The notes under the pieces are model-generated. The model was not told the DNA's origin. It made no database searches and was given only the letters and a program-made list of their open reading frames with translations. 49,436 bases of DNA. Origin: an uncultured Calditrichaceae bacterium (GTDB taxonomy: Bacteria; Calditrichota; Calditrichia; RBG-13-44-9). Below are positions 9,877 to 20,872 of the stretch, piece by piece (position 1 is the stretch's first letter; the number at the start of each line of letters is the position of its first letter). The translations under genes were made by a program, and so were the position numbers. The stretch is from contig CAZVKP010000001.1 of NCBI GenBank assembly GCA_964627635.1, positions 1-49,436 on the forward strand. The letters run 5' to 3'.

Positions 9877-11184
9877 ATGACTGCTTACGAAATTATTGCT
9901 AAGAAACGGGATAACCGGATTTTAACCAAAAAAGAAATACATTTTTTTATCAATGAATATTTAAAAGGTACCATCAAAGATTATCAAATGTCCGCTCTAC
10001 TGATGGCGGTTTTCTTTAATGGTATGAATGATGAGGAACTTTTTGCGATTACCGAGTCTTATTTAAATTCCGGGAAAATACTGGATTTATCGGAAATTCC
10101 CGGTATCAAGATTGACAAACATAGCACCGGTGGTGTGGGAGATAAAGTTTCAATTGTGCTGGCACCTTTAGCAGCCAGTTTGGGCGTCCCAGTACCAATG
10201 ATCTCCGGAAGGGCGTTGGGGCACACCGGCGGCACCCTGGATAAATTAGAATCAATCCCGGGATTTAATGTTTTCAGCACCCTGGAACAGTTTAAAAAGC
10301 AAGTTTCCGAAATTGGTGTGGCAATGTTGGGGCAAACCGATTCCATCGTTCCGGCGGACCGCCAGATTTACGCCCTCAGAGATGTGACCGCCACTGTCGA
10401 ATCGATTCCACTGATAACCGCCAGCATTATGAGTAAAAAAATTGCAGAAGGGATTGATGGATTGGTGCTGGATGTAAAATTTGGCAATGGTGCATTTATG
10501 AAAGAACCCGAGAAAGCAGAACTCCTTGCCACTTACCTGATCAAAGTGGGAAAAGCGTTCAACAAAAAAATGGTGGCACATCTCACCGCAATGGATCAAC
10601 CACTCGGTTATAAAATCGGCAATTGGCTGGAAATTTTGGAATGCTTGGATTGTTTCCATGGAAAAGGTCCCGATGATTTAATGGAGGTTATTTTAACTCT
10701 TACCCCTGAAATGCTGGTTCTGGGTGAACGGGCAAAAACTGTAGCAGAAGCACGTACTTTATGTGAACGAGCCATTTCTGACGGATCTGCATTTGAAAAA
10801 TTTTTAGAGATGGTGGACCATCAGGGTGGGGATACAAGCTATATTGAAAATCCCGATAAATACCAGATGGCATGTAATAAGCAAGTTATAAAAGCCGATC
10901 GTGCCGGATATATTACAGCCTTTGATTCCCGTGAAATAGGACTGGCAAGTGTGCAGCTTGGTGCCGGACGTAAGCGGGCAGACGATCCGGTAGACCCTTC
11001 CGCCGGGATAATTCTCTTTAAAAAGATTGGAGATAAAGTTTCTCGGGATGAACCCATCATGGAAATGCATTCCAATGATGATAATGCTTTGATAGAAACT
11101 GCTGATAGATTAATTTCTACCGTTACCATCGAAGAAAATAAACCGGCTGACCAAAGATTGTTATTAAAGAGACTCAATGATTGA
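9877..11184 (+). CDS. pdp: Pyrimidine-nucleoside (thymidine) phosphorylase
   Basis: DKHSTGGVGDK and SGRALGHTGGTLDKLESIPG motifs are present, and the 435-aa length is typical of the DeoA/Pdp family. Confidence 0.9.
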   Translation: MTAYEIIAKKRDNRILTKKEIHFFINEYLKGTIKDYQMSALLMAVFFNGMNDEELFAITESYLNSGKILDLSEIPGIKIDKHSTGGVGDKVSIVLAPLAASLGVPVPMISGRALGHTGGTLDKLESIPGFNVFSTLEQFKKQVSEIGVAMLGQTDSIVPADRQIYALRDVTATVESIPLITASIMSKKIAEGIDGLVLDVKFGNGAFMKEPEKAELLATYLIKVGKAFNKKMVAHLTAMDQPLGYKIGNWLEILECLDCFHGKGPDDLMEVILTLTPEMLVLGERAKTVAEARTLCERAISDGSAFEKFLEMVDHQGGDTSYIENPDKYQMACNKQVIKADRAGYITAFDSREIGLASVQLGAGRKRADDPVDPSAGIILFKKIGDKVSRDEPIMEMHSNDDNALIETADRLISTVTIEENKPADQRLLLKRLND

Positions 11185-11698
11185 TTACAAAATTTATTTC
11201 GTGGTTAAAGGAAGTCGACCTGGCCCCGATAAATTTCATTATTCATCGCATTCACAATTTCTTAATTTTTTGACCACGATTATTAGAATCTAACAATCTT
11301 TAGCATGGTCATTTTTGCGAATTTACTTCGTTTAAATTTTTAATTGTATACAAATAAATTCTTCCAAAAAATGTGATACATACTTGTAATTTCATTTCAG
11401 TTTTATTATAATTTGAAGCGTGAGTATAAAAACCAATATCTGTATGGTTCGTGAAAAAATACTTGATTTAGTTTTGCCTTAAATCTAAATTAAACTCCGC
11501 TAAAAAAAGGTGAGGATGCGTATCGAAATTTGTTAAGGATTATTAAATTTTAAGGTTTTGTTTTAAACTTGAAATTATTAGGTCAGAAATATGATCTGTC
11601 CTTAACAAAGATTGAAAGTGCATCCAATCGAGGGAACCGAATATCGCTTGGATGGTAAGTTGAGTATTCGGTTTTTTTTATTTATAAAATGGAGGTTT

Positions 11699-12793
11699 AT
11701 GATGAGAAAACTCTTGTCCCTGATTTTGGTCTTGTTTTTCCTGCCGGCATTTTTTACCGGTTTATTTGCACAGGGTGAAGCCACAGTGCTATTTCTGATG
11801 ATTAATCCTGGTGCACGACAAGGGGGAATGGGCGAAACTGGTGTAGCTCTTGCCGATGATGCAAATGCGATTTATTGGAATCCTGCAGGATTGGCTTTCC
11901 AGTATGAAGAACCTGAAGTGGACAGGAAAGGGGAAGCAACTTTAATGCATGTTAATTGGCTGCCCCAATTTAATTTGGGTGATATGTATTACGATTATGC
12001 CGCAGGCAGATATCATATCGAGGGTATCGGTATGGTTGGATTCGGGATTCAGTATATTAATTATGGCGAGAGTATCTTGACCGGTGAAGAGGGTCCCGAA
12101 GAGTTAGGCAGGTTCAATAGCAGCGAAGCAGCAGTGAGCGGGAGTTATGCACTTAAGGTGAATGACAACTTAGGTCTGGGGGTTAATCTGAAATATATCT
12201 ATTCGCGTCTTTCACCCATCGATGTGTCTGTGGGAGCTGAAAAAGGTAAAGGAATCGCATCCTCTTTTGCGGTAGATTTCGGTCTCCTTTATAAGCCCGG
12301 ATTTGCTGAGAAATTACGTCTGGGAGCCAACATAAGCAACATTGGCCCCAAAATTTCCTATGTGGACTTTGCCCAGGCAGATCCGTTACCCACCAACTTA
12401 AGGTTGGGATTTGCCTATCATCTAGTAAAGAGTGAATTTAATACTCTGACGCTGGCATATGATACCAACCGGTTATTGGTAAATCGTGACAGTACAGAAG
12501 TTGATGGGGTTTTTGAAGCCATGTTTTACTCCACATGGACCGGCAACAGTTTTTCCGATCAATTGAAAAAGTTTACCCATTCTCTGGGATTAGAATATTG
12601 GTATACCAACCTGATTGCTTTACGAGCCGGTTACTTTTATGAAGATCCTGATGCAGGTGGTAGAAAATTTTGGACCTTCGGTGGTGGTTTACGCTACTCA
12701 ATATTCGGATTTGATTTCAGTTACATTTATGCATCTGTTGAAGATCATCCGTTATCGGACACTATGCGATTTTCGCTGGGCATAAAATTTTAA
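11699..12793 (+). CDS. PorV/PorQ-family outer-membrane beta-barrel protein (T9SS-associated)
   Basis: The signal peptide MMRKLLSLILVLFFLPAFFTGLFAQ follows GGAGG at 11691-11695. GARQGGMGETGVALADDANAIYWNPAGLA is the family signature, and the protein ends in an aromatic beta-strand (FSLGIKF). The upstream extension in the ORF track (11612) is probably not translated. Confidence 0.65.
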   Translation: MMRKLLSLILVLFFLPAFFTGLFAQGEATVLFLMINPGARQGGMGETGVALADDANAIYWNPAGLAFQYEEPEVDRKGEATLMHVNWLPQFNLGDMYYDYAAGRYHIEGIGMVGFGIQYINYGESILTGEEGPEELGRFNSSEAAVSGSYALKVNDNLGLGVNLKYIYSRLSPIDVSVGAEKGKGIASSFAVDFGLLYKPGFAEKLRLGANISNIGPKISYVDFAQADPLPTNLRLGFAYHLVKSEFNTLTLAYDTNRLLVNRDSTEVDGVFEAMFYSTWTGNSFSDQLKKFTHSLGLEYWYTNLIALRAGYFYEDPDAGGRKFWTFGGGLRYSIFGFDFSYIYASVEDHPLSDTMRFSLGIKF

Positions 12794-12807
12794 AGCTATA
12801 ATTAAAT

Positions 12808-12843
12808 GTGAAAACCCGGAGGGACTTATATTCGGGTTTTCAC
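12808..12843 (+). terminator. Terminator-like hairpin after the PorV-like gene
   Basis: An 11-bp stem GTGAAAACCCG/CGGGTTTTCAC encloses a 14-nt loop. No clean T-tract follows. Confidence 0.35.
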
Positions 12844-12885
12844 ACGTGGAATTGGTTCTGCGTTAGGGAGAATTGGACGATTTTG

Positions 12886-15800
12886 ATGAAAAATATCTGT
12901 TTGAAGGCTGCTTTTGTTGCGGTTCTTTTTGTTGTTCAAACCTCATACTCTATTCCATCTGGTTCAGATTCTGTCAATGTGCTGGCGGTCCGTGTTCAGT
13001 TTGCGAAGCAGGACACCAGTACTACAACCGGGGATGGTACGTTTGATTTATCTGATTCCGAAAATCAATTTAAAATTGATCCTCCTCCCCATAATCGAAG
13101 TTATTTCCAGGATCATCTAAAATTTCTGGAAAACTATTATTTCAAAGTGTCACACGGTCAACTTCACGTAACCGGAGATGTGTTTCCACTCGGGGAAAAT
13201 GCAGCCTATCAATTGGACGAACCAATGACAAACTACAATCCCAACACCACACCGGATGCGATAAATAATGGCTTGGCTCGCTTGCTGAGGGATGCGATTC
13301 AAAAAGCCGACCAGGATCCGATCTGATCCCGCTATAGATTTTAGCCGGTATCAGAGTTTTATTGTTTTTCATGCCGGTGTGGGAAAAGATGTGGATTTGG
13401 GATTTGATGAAACACCACAGGATGTTCCATCGCTTTTTATCACCTCGAATTTTTTACAAACAAATTTAGGAATTTCCTCGATTTCAGTCGATAATGGTGC
13501 CGTGCAGGTTTCTAATGGAATGCTTTTGCCGGAAACCGAAAGCCAGGTGGGCATCGGATTGGGGTTGAATGGTATTCTGGTTGCCAATTTTGCATCTCAA
13601 CTCGGTTTACTGGATCTGTTTAGTCCTGAGACACAGCGTTCCGGCATCGGACGGTTTGGCTTGATGGATGCCGGTCTGTTCAATGGAGATGGTTTGTTGC
13701 CTGCGCTCCCCTCTGCCTGGACCCGCATAGACGCAGGGTGGGAGACACCATTAGATATTTATTATTCCCCTGGAGACGAACTTACGGTTCATTCAACACT
13801 GTCATCTCATCCCCAAAGAATTTACCGGATACCAATCAATAAAAAAGAATATTTTTTAGTCGAGAATCGATATGCCGGGAGATTAAATCTGGATAGTTTA
13901 AGATTTGAAATGTCCCAAGGCCTGGATACTCTGGTTTCGGTAAAGGAGGTTTTAATAACCCATTTTCCCGATCAGGTATCTTTTAGTGAACGCGGTGTAT
14001 TAGTCGATGTGAAAAATCCTGATATTGGCTTACCTGGCAGCGGTTGTCTCATCTGGCATATTGATGAAAATGTAATAGATGCCAATCGGGCAGCAAACCG
14101 GATTAATGCCGATCCCGATCACCGCGGGGTAGATTTGGAGGAAGCGGATGGTTCACAGGACATCGGGCAGGAGTTTGATTTTTTAAGCGCCGGCGCCGGT
14201 TCGGAAACCGGCTGGATTCTGGATATGTGGTATCAGGGAAATTCCGCACCTTTGTTTAAACAGGATGATAATGAGTTTTCGGTTAATACGGTGCCAAACA
14301 GCAGAAGTTATAATAACCGGGCGAACAGCCACGTGACGATCTCTAATTTTTCACGTCCGGATTCTGTGATGACGTTTCGGGTAAACCTAAATATTTTCCA
14401 ACAAAATTTTCCCCCATCTGTCGACCCGGTGGTTTATGGGAAAGTAACCGCAATTAAAACCACAGATTTGGATTTTAACGGTTTTCATGATCTGATTCTT
14501 ACCACGACGACGGGTAAAGTATTAGCTGTTGGTTCTGAAGGAAACAATTCCTGGGCAACAGATTCATTAGAAGTGTTAGATCTGGATGATGATTTAATAC
14601 CACCACCGGCTTTATTTACTATTCCATCTCAACAAAGTGAGCCTCAAAAGGGAATGGTTGCGCTCACTCAATCCGGAAAGGTTTATGGTTTTGTTTTTAC
14701 GCAACAAAAAACAGTGGATACCCTGTTTAAACCGTACCAGCTAAATTCACCAAATACTACACATCCACTTGCTTTTATAGATTCTCAGAGTGGTAGTAAA
14801 ATTATTTGGGGAAACCAAAACGGAAACGTTTATCAACTTACTATCGATGAAAATACAGTCTCTTTGGATTCGCTGTTCAATGTAGGCGAAGGGATCCGAT
14901 TTGTGCACCGTGATGGAGAAAATAATATTATTGTTACATCTTCAAACGGCAAAATATTTCAAAATCACGATATTATTAAGCAAGATGTATCGGCTGATTT
15001 TGGACCGGTTGGGGATGAATCCGTTATTTATGACAGAAATAATCAATTATACGCATTAACTCTTTCTGACGAGCTCTTCCAGCAGCAATTTGATTATCAG
15101 TTAAAATCACCGCTAATTGCGATTCCATTTGTGGACAATATTAAAAGCCCCTGGTACTTTGCCGGCGGACAAAACCGATTGTTTTCTTTTCGCTACAATT
15201 TTGCGCTAACGGAAAACTATCCGGTTAAAATTTTTCAACCGGATCGTAAAGCAAATCTAATTTTATCTCCCTTATTCGGGAAATTTTTCAGGGGTGATAA
15301 CAGTGAAGACTTTGGCGTATTAATCAGCGATCCGGCTGGCAGTATAAATGGATATGATTTAAGGGGAGAGCTTTTTGTGGATTTTCCGCTGGTGACAGGA
15401 GACTCATTAAAAGTGAGTCCGGTATTGTTGGATATTGACGGTGATGCCGATGCGGAAGTAGCGGCAGTTACCAATGGTGGGCAACTTTATGTGTGGGATT
15501 TGAATTCCACCTTTGAAGAAAACGGGTGGAATCAGCTTTTTGCCGATGAAATGAACACCAATCGTATCGTTTCCACAGCCGGAATTGACTTGCCGGTTGA
15601 TTCAAAAATATCTTCAAACCAATTATTACCTGAGGAAAAGGTATATAATTGGCCAAATCCCAATACCGAAAATCATACGTTTATTCGATACTATTTGACG
15701 GATAATGCAACGGTTTCGTTAAAAATTTTTGATATTGCAGGCGATTTGGTGCGGGAACTTGAGGCACCCGGCAACCCCCAGACATTTAATGAAGTCCGCT

Positions 15801-15904
15801 GGAATTTAAGTAATATCCAAAGTGGTGTGTATTTAGCCCGCGTGGAAGCCAAAAGTTCATCTGCCAGTGAGGTGAGGATCATAAAAATTGCAGTTGTAAA
15901 ATAA
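12886..15904 (+). pseudogene. Frameshift-interrupted gene (or sequencing error) for a ~1000-aa secreted M6-peptidase-like protein with FG-GAP/VCBS-like repeats and a T9SS C-terminal sorting domain
   Basis: ORF 12886-13326 (signal peptide MKNICLKAAFVAVLFVVQTSYS) and ORF 13292-15904 read as one protein if 1 nt is skipped near 13321. The tail from about 15659 to 15901 (NWPNPNTENHTFIRYYL...SLKIFDIAGDLV...SGVYLARVEA) is a typical type A T9SS CTD. Confidence 0.6.
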
Positions 15905-15961
15905 TCGAAACTAATTTTATTGTAGACGTTAACTTTTCAATATTTAATTGACTTTATAGGT

Positions 15962-18900
15962 TTGAACTTGAGTCTAAGCAGCATAATATCAAACAAATTT
16001 ATACGAACATTTTTGTTCCAAATTGGGATTTTCTTTGTTTTTGCCGGCAATTTAAATGCCCAGTTTGGCAATTTTAATCATCCGGAATTGGTCTGGAAAA
16101 CTTTTGAGACCGAACATTTTATCATTCATCATCACCAGGGGACAGACCATACAGCTCATAAAGTTGCCAGTATTGCTGAAGAAGTCTATCCTCACATCAC
16201 TCAATTATACAAATACGCACCGGAAGAAAAAACCCAATTTGTGATTCGGGATACCGATGATTACTCAAACGGTGGTGCTTATTTTTATGACAATAAAATT
16301 GAGATCTGGGCGAAAAACATGGATTACGTGTTACGCGGCACACATGATTGGCTGCGGGATGTGGTGACACATGAATTTACGCATATTATTTCCATGAGAA
16401 AAGCGCTTAAATTCGGTTCCAGAATTCCTGCCGGGTGGCTTCAAATTTTCGGATATGAAGAAGAGCGACGGAACGATGTGGTCCGGGGGTTTCCTGATGT
16501 GTTAGTGTCCTATCCTATATCAGGAATTTCCATCCCGGTGTGGTTTGCCGAGGGGACTGCCCAGTTTCAGTCACCCAGCAAAAACTACGATTACCGGGAT
16601 TCTCACCGGGAAATGATTTTGCGGGACCGGGTGGTAACCGGCAATCTGCTGGATTTGAATGAAATGAGTGTGTTCGGAAAAAACAGCATTGGAAATGAAT
16701 CTTCTTACAATCAGGGATATGCTTTTGTCAATTTTTTGACCAAGACGTTCGGAGATAGCATTGTGCGGAAATTAGCGAAGCACTCCGGTGAACCAATCAC
16801 GTTGAATTTTAACGGTGTAATAGAAAAAGTGACCGGAGTTGAGGCGGATAGTTTGTTCCGAATGTGGCATGGCTACCTGAAAGATAGTTATGAAACCCGT
16901 CTTACTTCAGTAAATAAAAATCTGCGAATCGGGAAATCATTACATGATGAAGGGATTGGTAATATTCACCCGATTTTTTCTCCGGATGGGAAAAAAGTAG
17001 CTTATTTGGAGAGCACTTCAGATTATCTCTCCGTAAATGGCCTGGCAATTTTAAATTTAAAGACCAATGAAAAAAAAGTTGTCGATGGGCCCATTGCATC
17101 CTCAGTGAGCTGGTCACCGAATGGTCGTTATCTCACCTATGCCAAACAGTCCGATCTTCAATCCAATGGCAGCAGTTACTACGATATTTACGTTTACGAT
17201 TTAAAACGAAATAAAAAATACCGGATTACCAACGGATTCAGAGCAACCAATCCCGACTGGTCTCATGACGGTAAACGTCTGGCTTTTGTGGTCCACAGCG
17301 ATGGAATGACCAACCTTTTTACCATGAAACCGGAGGAATTTGTTTGGCTTGACAAGGATGAACTTTGGCAAACCCGCTATTACGATTTATACAAACATGA
17401 ATTGGTGAAAGAAATCCCATCGGAGCGAAGAGATAAGTGGAAAGAATACTACAGAAAAGTTGAATTTTTTGGTAAGGATATTCAGCAGTTAACCCATTTT
17501 ACCAATGGAAGACAAATTTATCACCCGCGCTGGTCTTTGGAGGATGATCATCTCTTTTTTGATACCTCTACCGGTTTTGCACGGGACATTGCCAAAATCC
17601 CGGCGAAAGGTGGGGAATACGAATTAATACTGAATCGTAAATGCGATGAAAGATATCCGATAATTGATCCGGGAAGCGGAGAATTATATTTTGCGAGTGA
17701 CAGAACCGGTATATTTAACATTTATTCATATAATTTTGAAACACGTGAGGTACATCCCCACACCAACGTGACCGGTGGTGCGTTTATGCCAAGTCTCAAT
17801 GAGAGGGGAGATTTGGTTTATTCACTCTACAAAAATCAGGGATATAAAATTTATCGCATCCGCAAAGTAAATGAACTTCCCCCGAAGAATTTAACCTACG
17901 ACCAAAATTATGAGGCTAAAATTCCAGAGATTCAGAGCTCAGATCGTGAAGTTGATTCCACACCGGCACAACCATACAATCGGAGTTTTGGACCCATCGG
18001 AATTATGCCCCGATTGTTAATCGATTACGGTACCATTAAGCCCGGATTTTATCTGTACACCAACGAAATCCTGGACAAAATGTTCTTTTTTGGCGGTGCG
18101 GATATAAACAAGGACAGGGAATATAATTTATTTACCATCTTTGAATTTAATCTTTGGAAACCAACCATTTTTTTCGAATTTTATAACCAATCTGCGAAAA
18201 TCACGGATGAATTTTCCGATCCGTTTTCTGTATCTTCCGATGACATCGAAATTGATTTCAATTTGATGGAAGCGGATATTGGATTACGGGGAAAGTTTCG
18301 CAGACATTTTGATTGGGAATTAAGCTATATTTACAGCTTATATCGTGCCAAGATAAATACATTTGCATACAAAGAATTATCAACCGGAAAAATTTTTACT
18401 TCTCCCACCATTCGGTATTCTTATTTACGAGGCCATGCGCTTTCCTTGTCTCTTAAACGTGACCGTGTAGTGCAGTCGGTAGATCGTGCTATAAATCCAC
18501 GCAGAGGTTATTATGCCTCCTTCCGATTTACACGGGAATGGAATAAATTTTTAGATGAGTTTGCCACAGACAGGGTAATTGGATTGGAAGTCTTTGAAGA
18601 TTATAATTTTAACAGGATTGAATTGAATGTGGAACGTTATTTTCCGGTACCAATGACCCGGCGGCACTCTTTGAGTCTGCGACTTCAGGGTGGATATATC
18701 GATAAACCAGTGGATGATTTTTTCAATTTTTTTGCAGGCAGTTTGGTTGGTTTAAAGGGATATTCCTATTACAGTATTGAAGGCCGAAAAATGGCGATTG
18801 GTTCGGTAACCTACCGTATGCCCCTGGTGCGTAATTTGAATTTCCAAATATTTAATTGGTATCTGGATAAAATCTACATCGGCGGTTTTTATCAATATGG

Positions 18901-19144
18901 CGATGCCTGGAATGATGGCGGTCCGACATTTGAGAATTTTAAATCTGATGTGGGATTCCAAATCCGACTGGAAACATTTTCCTGGTATATGTTTCCCACC
19001 CGGATATTCTTTGAGGCAGCATACCCACTTAAAGAAAATCAAAATCGAAAAATTGAATATCAACAGGATTGGAAATTTTATCTGGGAATTTTATTCGATT
19101 TCGATTTAAGAACAGATCATAAGAGATTCAGGAAATTACCATGA
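15962..19144 (+). CDS. Large outer-membrane protein: N-terminal MA-clan metalloprotease-like domain, PD40/TolB-like beta-propeller repeats and a C-terminal Omp85/D15-like beta-barrel; TTG start
   Basis: HEFTH (HExxH) lies at 16370-16384. PD40-like repeats include FSPDGKKVAYL, WSPNGRYLTYA, PDWSHDGKRLAFV and HPRWSLEDDHLFF. The C-terminal GGYIDKPVDDFFNFFAGSLVGLKGYSYYSIEGRK is a barrel-like region. Confidence 0.65.
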   Translation: MNLSLSSIISNKFIRTFLFQIGIFFVFAGNLNAQFGNFNHPELVWKTFETEHFIIHHHQGTDHTAHKVASIAEEVYPHITQLYKYAPEEKTQFVIRDTDDYSNGGAYFYDNKIEIWAKNMDYVLRGTHDWLRDVVTHEFTHIISMRKALKFGSRIPAGWLQIFGYEEERRNDVVRGFPDVLVSYPISGISIPVWFAEGTAQFQSPSKNYDYRDSHREMILRDRVVTGNLLDLNEMSVFGKNSIGNESSYNQGYAFVNFLTKTFGDSIVRKLAKHSGEPITLNFNGVIEKVTGVEADSLFRMWHGYLKDSYETRLTSVNKNLRIGKSLHDEGIGNIHPIFSPDGKKVAYLESTSDYLSVNGLAILNLKTNEKKVVDGPIASSVSWSPNGRYLTYAKQSDLQSNGSSYYDIYVYDLKRNKKYRITNGFRATNPDWSHDGKRLAFVVHSDGMTNLFTMKPEEFVWLDKDELWQTRYYDLYKHELVKEIPSERRDKWKEYYRKVEFFGKDIQQLTHFTNGRQIYHPRWSLEDDHLFFDTSTGFARDIAKIPAKGGEYELILNRKCDERYPIIDPGSGELYFASDRTGIFNIYSYNFETREVHPHTNVTGGAFMPSLNERGDLVYSLYKNQGYKIYRIRKVNELPPKNLTYDQNYEAKIPEIQSSDREVDSTPAQPYNRSFGPIGIMPRLLIDYGTIKPGFYLYTNEILDKMFFFGGADINKDREYNLFTIFEFNLWKPTIFFEFYNQSAKITDEFSDPFSVSSDDIEIDFNLMEADIGLRGKFRRHFDWELSYIYSLYRAKINTFAYKELSTGKIFTSPTIRYSYLRGHALSLSLKRDRVVQSVDRAINPRRGYYASFRFTREWNKFLDEFATDRVIGLEVFEDYNFNRIELNVERYFPVPMTRRHSLSLRLQGGYIDKPVDDFFNFFAGSLVGLKGYSYYSIEGRKMAIGSVTYRMPLVRNLNFQIFNWYLDKIYIGGFYQYGDAWNDGGPTFENFKSDVGFQIRLETFSWYMFPTRIFFEAAYPLKENQNRKIEYQQDWKFYLGILFDFDLRTDHKRFRKLP

Positions 19145-20052
19145 GATTCATCTTTAGTACATTTTTCGCACTCTTAATTTTAGTGAATTTTTGTATGGCA
19201 CAATCTCCGTTTTTATGGGGGCAGGAAACGATTTTGACCAAAAGATTTGCGATGCGCCAGGAAGCCGCGACATCCGTACACACTTCCCCTCCGGAAATTG
19301 AAAACAAGAATATAGGCGGAGAGAAATCAATAAAAAAAGCAGTTATTCTTTCTGCGATTATTCCCGGAACGGGAGAATTCTACGCCAAATCTTACCTGAA
19401 ATCTGCAATTTTTTTAGCAACCGAAATCGGTGCCTGGGCAGTGAACATCTCCTATATTCAGAAAGGAGATGAAAAAGATGAAGAGTTTAGGCAGTTTGCA
19501 GATGAACATTGGAGTGAACGCCGATATTGGTCTTGGGTTGCCTATAACGCTGCCATGGAAAATATTGCCGACGCACCTTTCGCGATTGAAGATTTAATAC
19601 AGGATAACAGTGGTCGATATTTAATTCCTGAAGAACAATATAATTCGGAAATAATTGAAATATTGCGATCCATCGAAAGGAATGGACTCACTGGCTTCTC
19701 GCATCGATTGCCCAAAACGAAAACTCAGCAGTATTACGAAATGATTGGTAAATATCCGCATCAATTCGGAGCTGCATGGGACGATGCGACATTTAAATAC
19801 TACGATCCTGAGACCATTACACCCAACTTTGATTTTTATCGGAATATGCGTCATAATGCGAATCGCTTGTATAATATAGCCCAGTGGGGATTAACGGTGG
19901 CGCTGGTCAATCATGTAGTATCTGCTATAGATGCGGGATTTACAGCTCGAAGCTACAATCAGAGCCGAGAACTGAAAATACAAATGAGTTACGAAAATTA
20001 TTATTATAAAGGCCAATATTTAAATATGCTGGGTGTCGATGTTAAGTGGTAG
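19141..20052 (+). CDS. DUF5683-like membrane/secreted protein, paralog 1
   Basis: It has a signal peptide and KKAVILSAIIPGTGEFYAKSYLKSAIF. The ATG overlaps the previous stop (ATGA). Confidence 0.45.
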   Translation: MRFIFSTFFALLILVNFCMAQSPFLWGQETILTKRFAMRQEAATSVHTSPPEIENKNIGGEKSIKKAVILSAIIPGTGEFYAKSYLKSAIFLATEIGAWAVNISYIQKGDEKDEEFRQFADEHWSERRYWSWVAYNAAMENIADAPFAIEDLIQDNSGRYLIPEEQYNSEIIEILRSIERNGLTGFSHRLPKTKTQQYYEMIGKYPHQFGAAWDDATFKYYDPETITPNFDFYRNMRHNANRLYNIAQWGLTVALVNHVVSAIDAGFTARSYNQSRELKIQMSYENYYYKGQYLNMLGVDVKW

Positions 20053-20163
20053 TACTGTTAATTTTCAGTTCATAAATCAGTAAGTTCTAAACCCGAGGGA
20101 ATAATTGATATTTAAATTTACAAATTCATTTTACATAGTTATGCTAAGTCTTGAAGGAAGCTC

Positions 20164-20871
20164 ATGAAACTGATTTCATTTATTATAATTTTAAGCACTT
20201 TTTTTTCTTTCTCTTTTAGCCAGACTGCTTCTGAATTTAATGTTGCACGGGTAAAATCCCAACCAACAACTATGGAGGGAAATGAAGAGCCCGGCTTTAA
20301 AGCAAGATATGTTTTTCTGTCACTGCTGATACCCGGTGCGGGTGAGCTGTTTATGGGTGAAAGCAAGATGGCGAAAATATTTTTTGGAACAGATTTACTG
20401 CTGTGGGCGGGTTACTTCGGCACACAGGCATATGTGGATGTTTTGGGAAATGATTTTCGTACCTTCGCTACTGTACACGCTGATGTCGATGCTTCGGATA
20501 AGGAGGAGCAATATTGGATTGAGATTGGAAGTGCCGGTAATATTTATGAATATAATGAGCAAAAACGGGTGGATCGGCGTTTAAATGAAACACTTCCGGA
20601 AAATGATAAATTTTCCTGGCAGTGGGATTCACAGCAAAATCGGGAAAAATATAATGAGCTCCGGGTAAAGCAGCACGATTGGGAAAGACGGGCAACCTTT
20701 TTGATTAGTGGATTAATCCTCAATCGCTTGATAAGTGCAATAGATGTGGTCCGTTTGATTCGGAAAGATGAAAAAAGTGAGAAAAAACAAAAGTCTTCCT
20801 TGTATTTCAATTACCTTGATGATGTGCGTCATGGTGAGACCATGAGTCTGAACTTGCAAATGAGGTGGTAA
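20164..20871 (+). CDS. DUF5683-like membrane/secreted protein, paralog 2
   Basis: It has a signal peptide, and SLLIPGAGELFMGESKMAKIFF is related to the motif in the preceding gene. Confidence 0.45.
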   Translation: MKLISFIIILSTFFSFSFSQTASEFNVARVKSQPTTMEGNEEPGFKARYVFLSLLIPGAGELFMGESKMAKIFFGTDLLLWAGYFGTQAYVDVLGNDFRTFATVHADVDASDKEEQYWIEIGSAGNIYEYNEQKRVDRRLNETLPENDKFSWQWDSQQNREKYNELRVKQHDWERRATFLISGLILNRLISAIDVVRLIRKDEKSEKKQKSSLYFNYLDDVRHGETMSLNLQMRW

Positions 20872-20872
20872 A

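Noticed and set aside
13316-13330. Programmed +1 ribosomal frameshift at AUC-UGA in the T9SS cargo gene
   Set aside because: There is no upstream SD-like stimulator or slippery CUU-U type site as in prfB. An indel in the GATC micro-repeat, or a sequencing error, is the simpler explanation.
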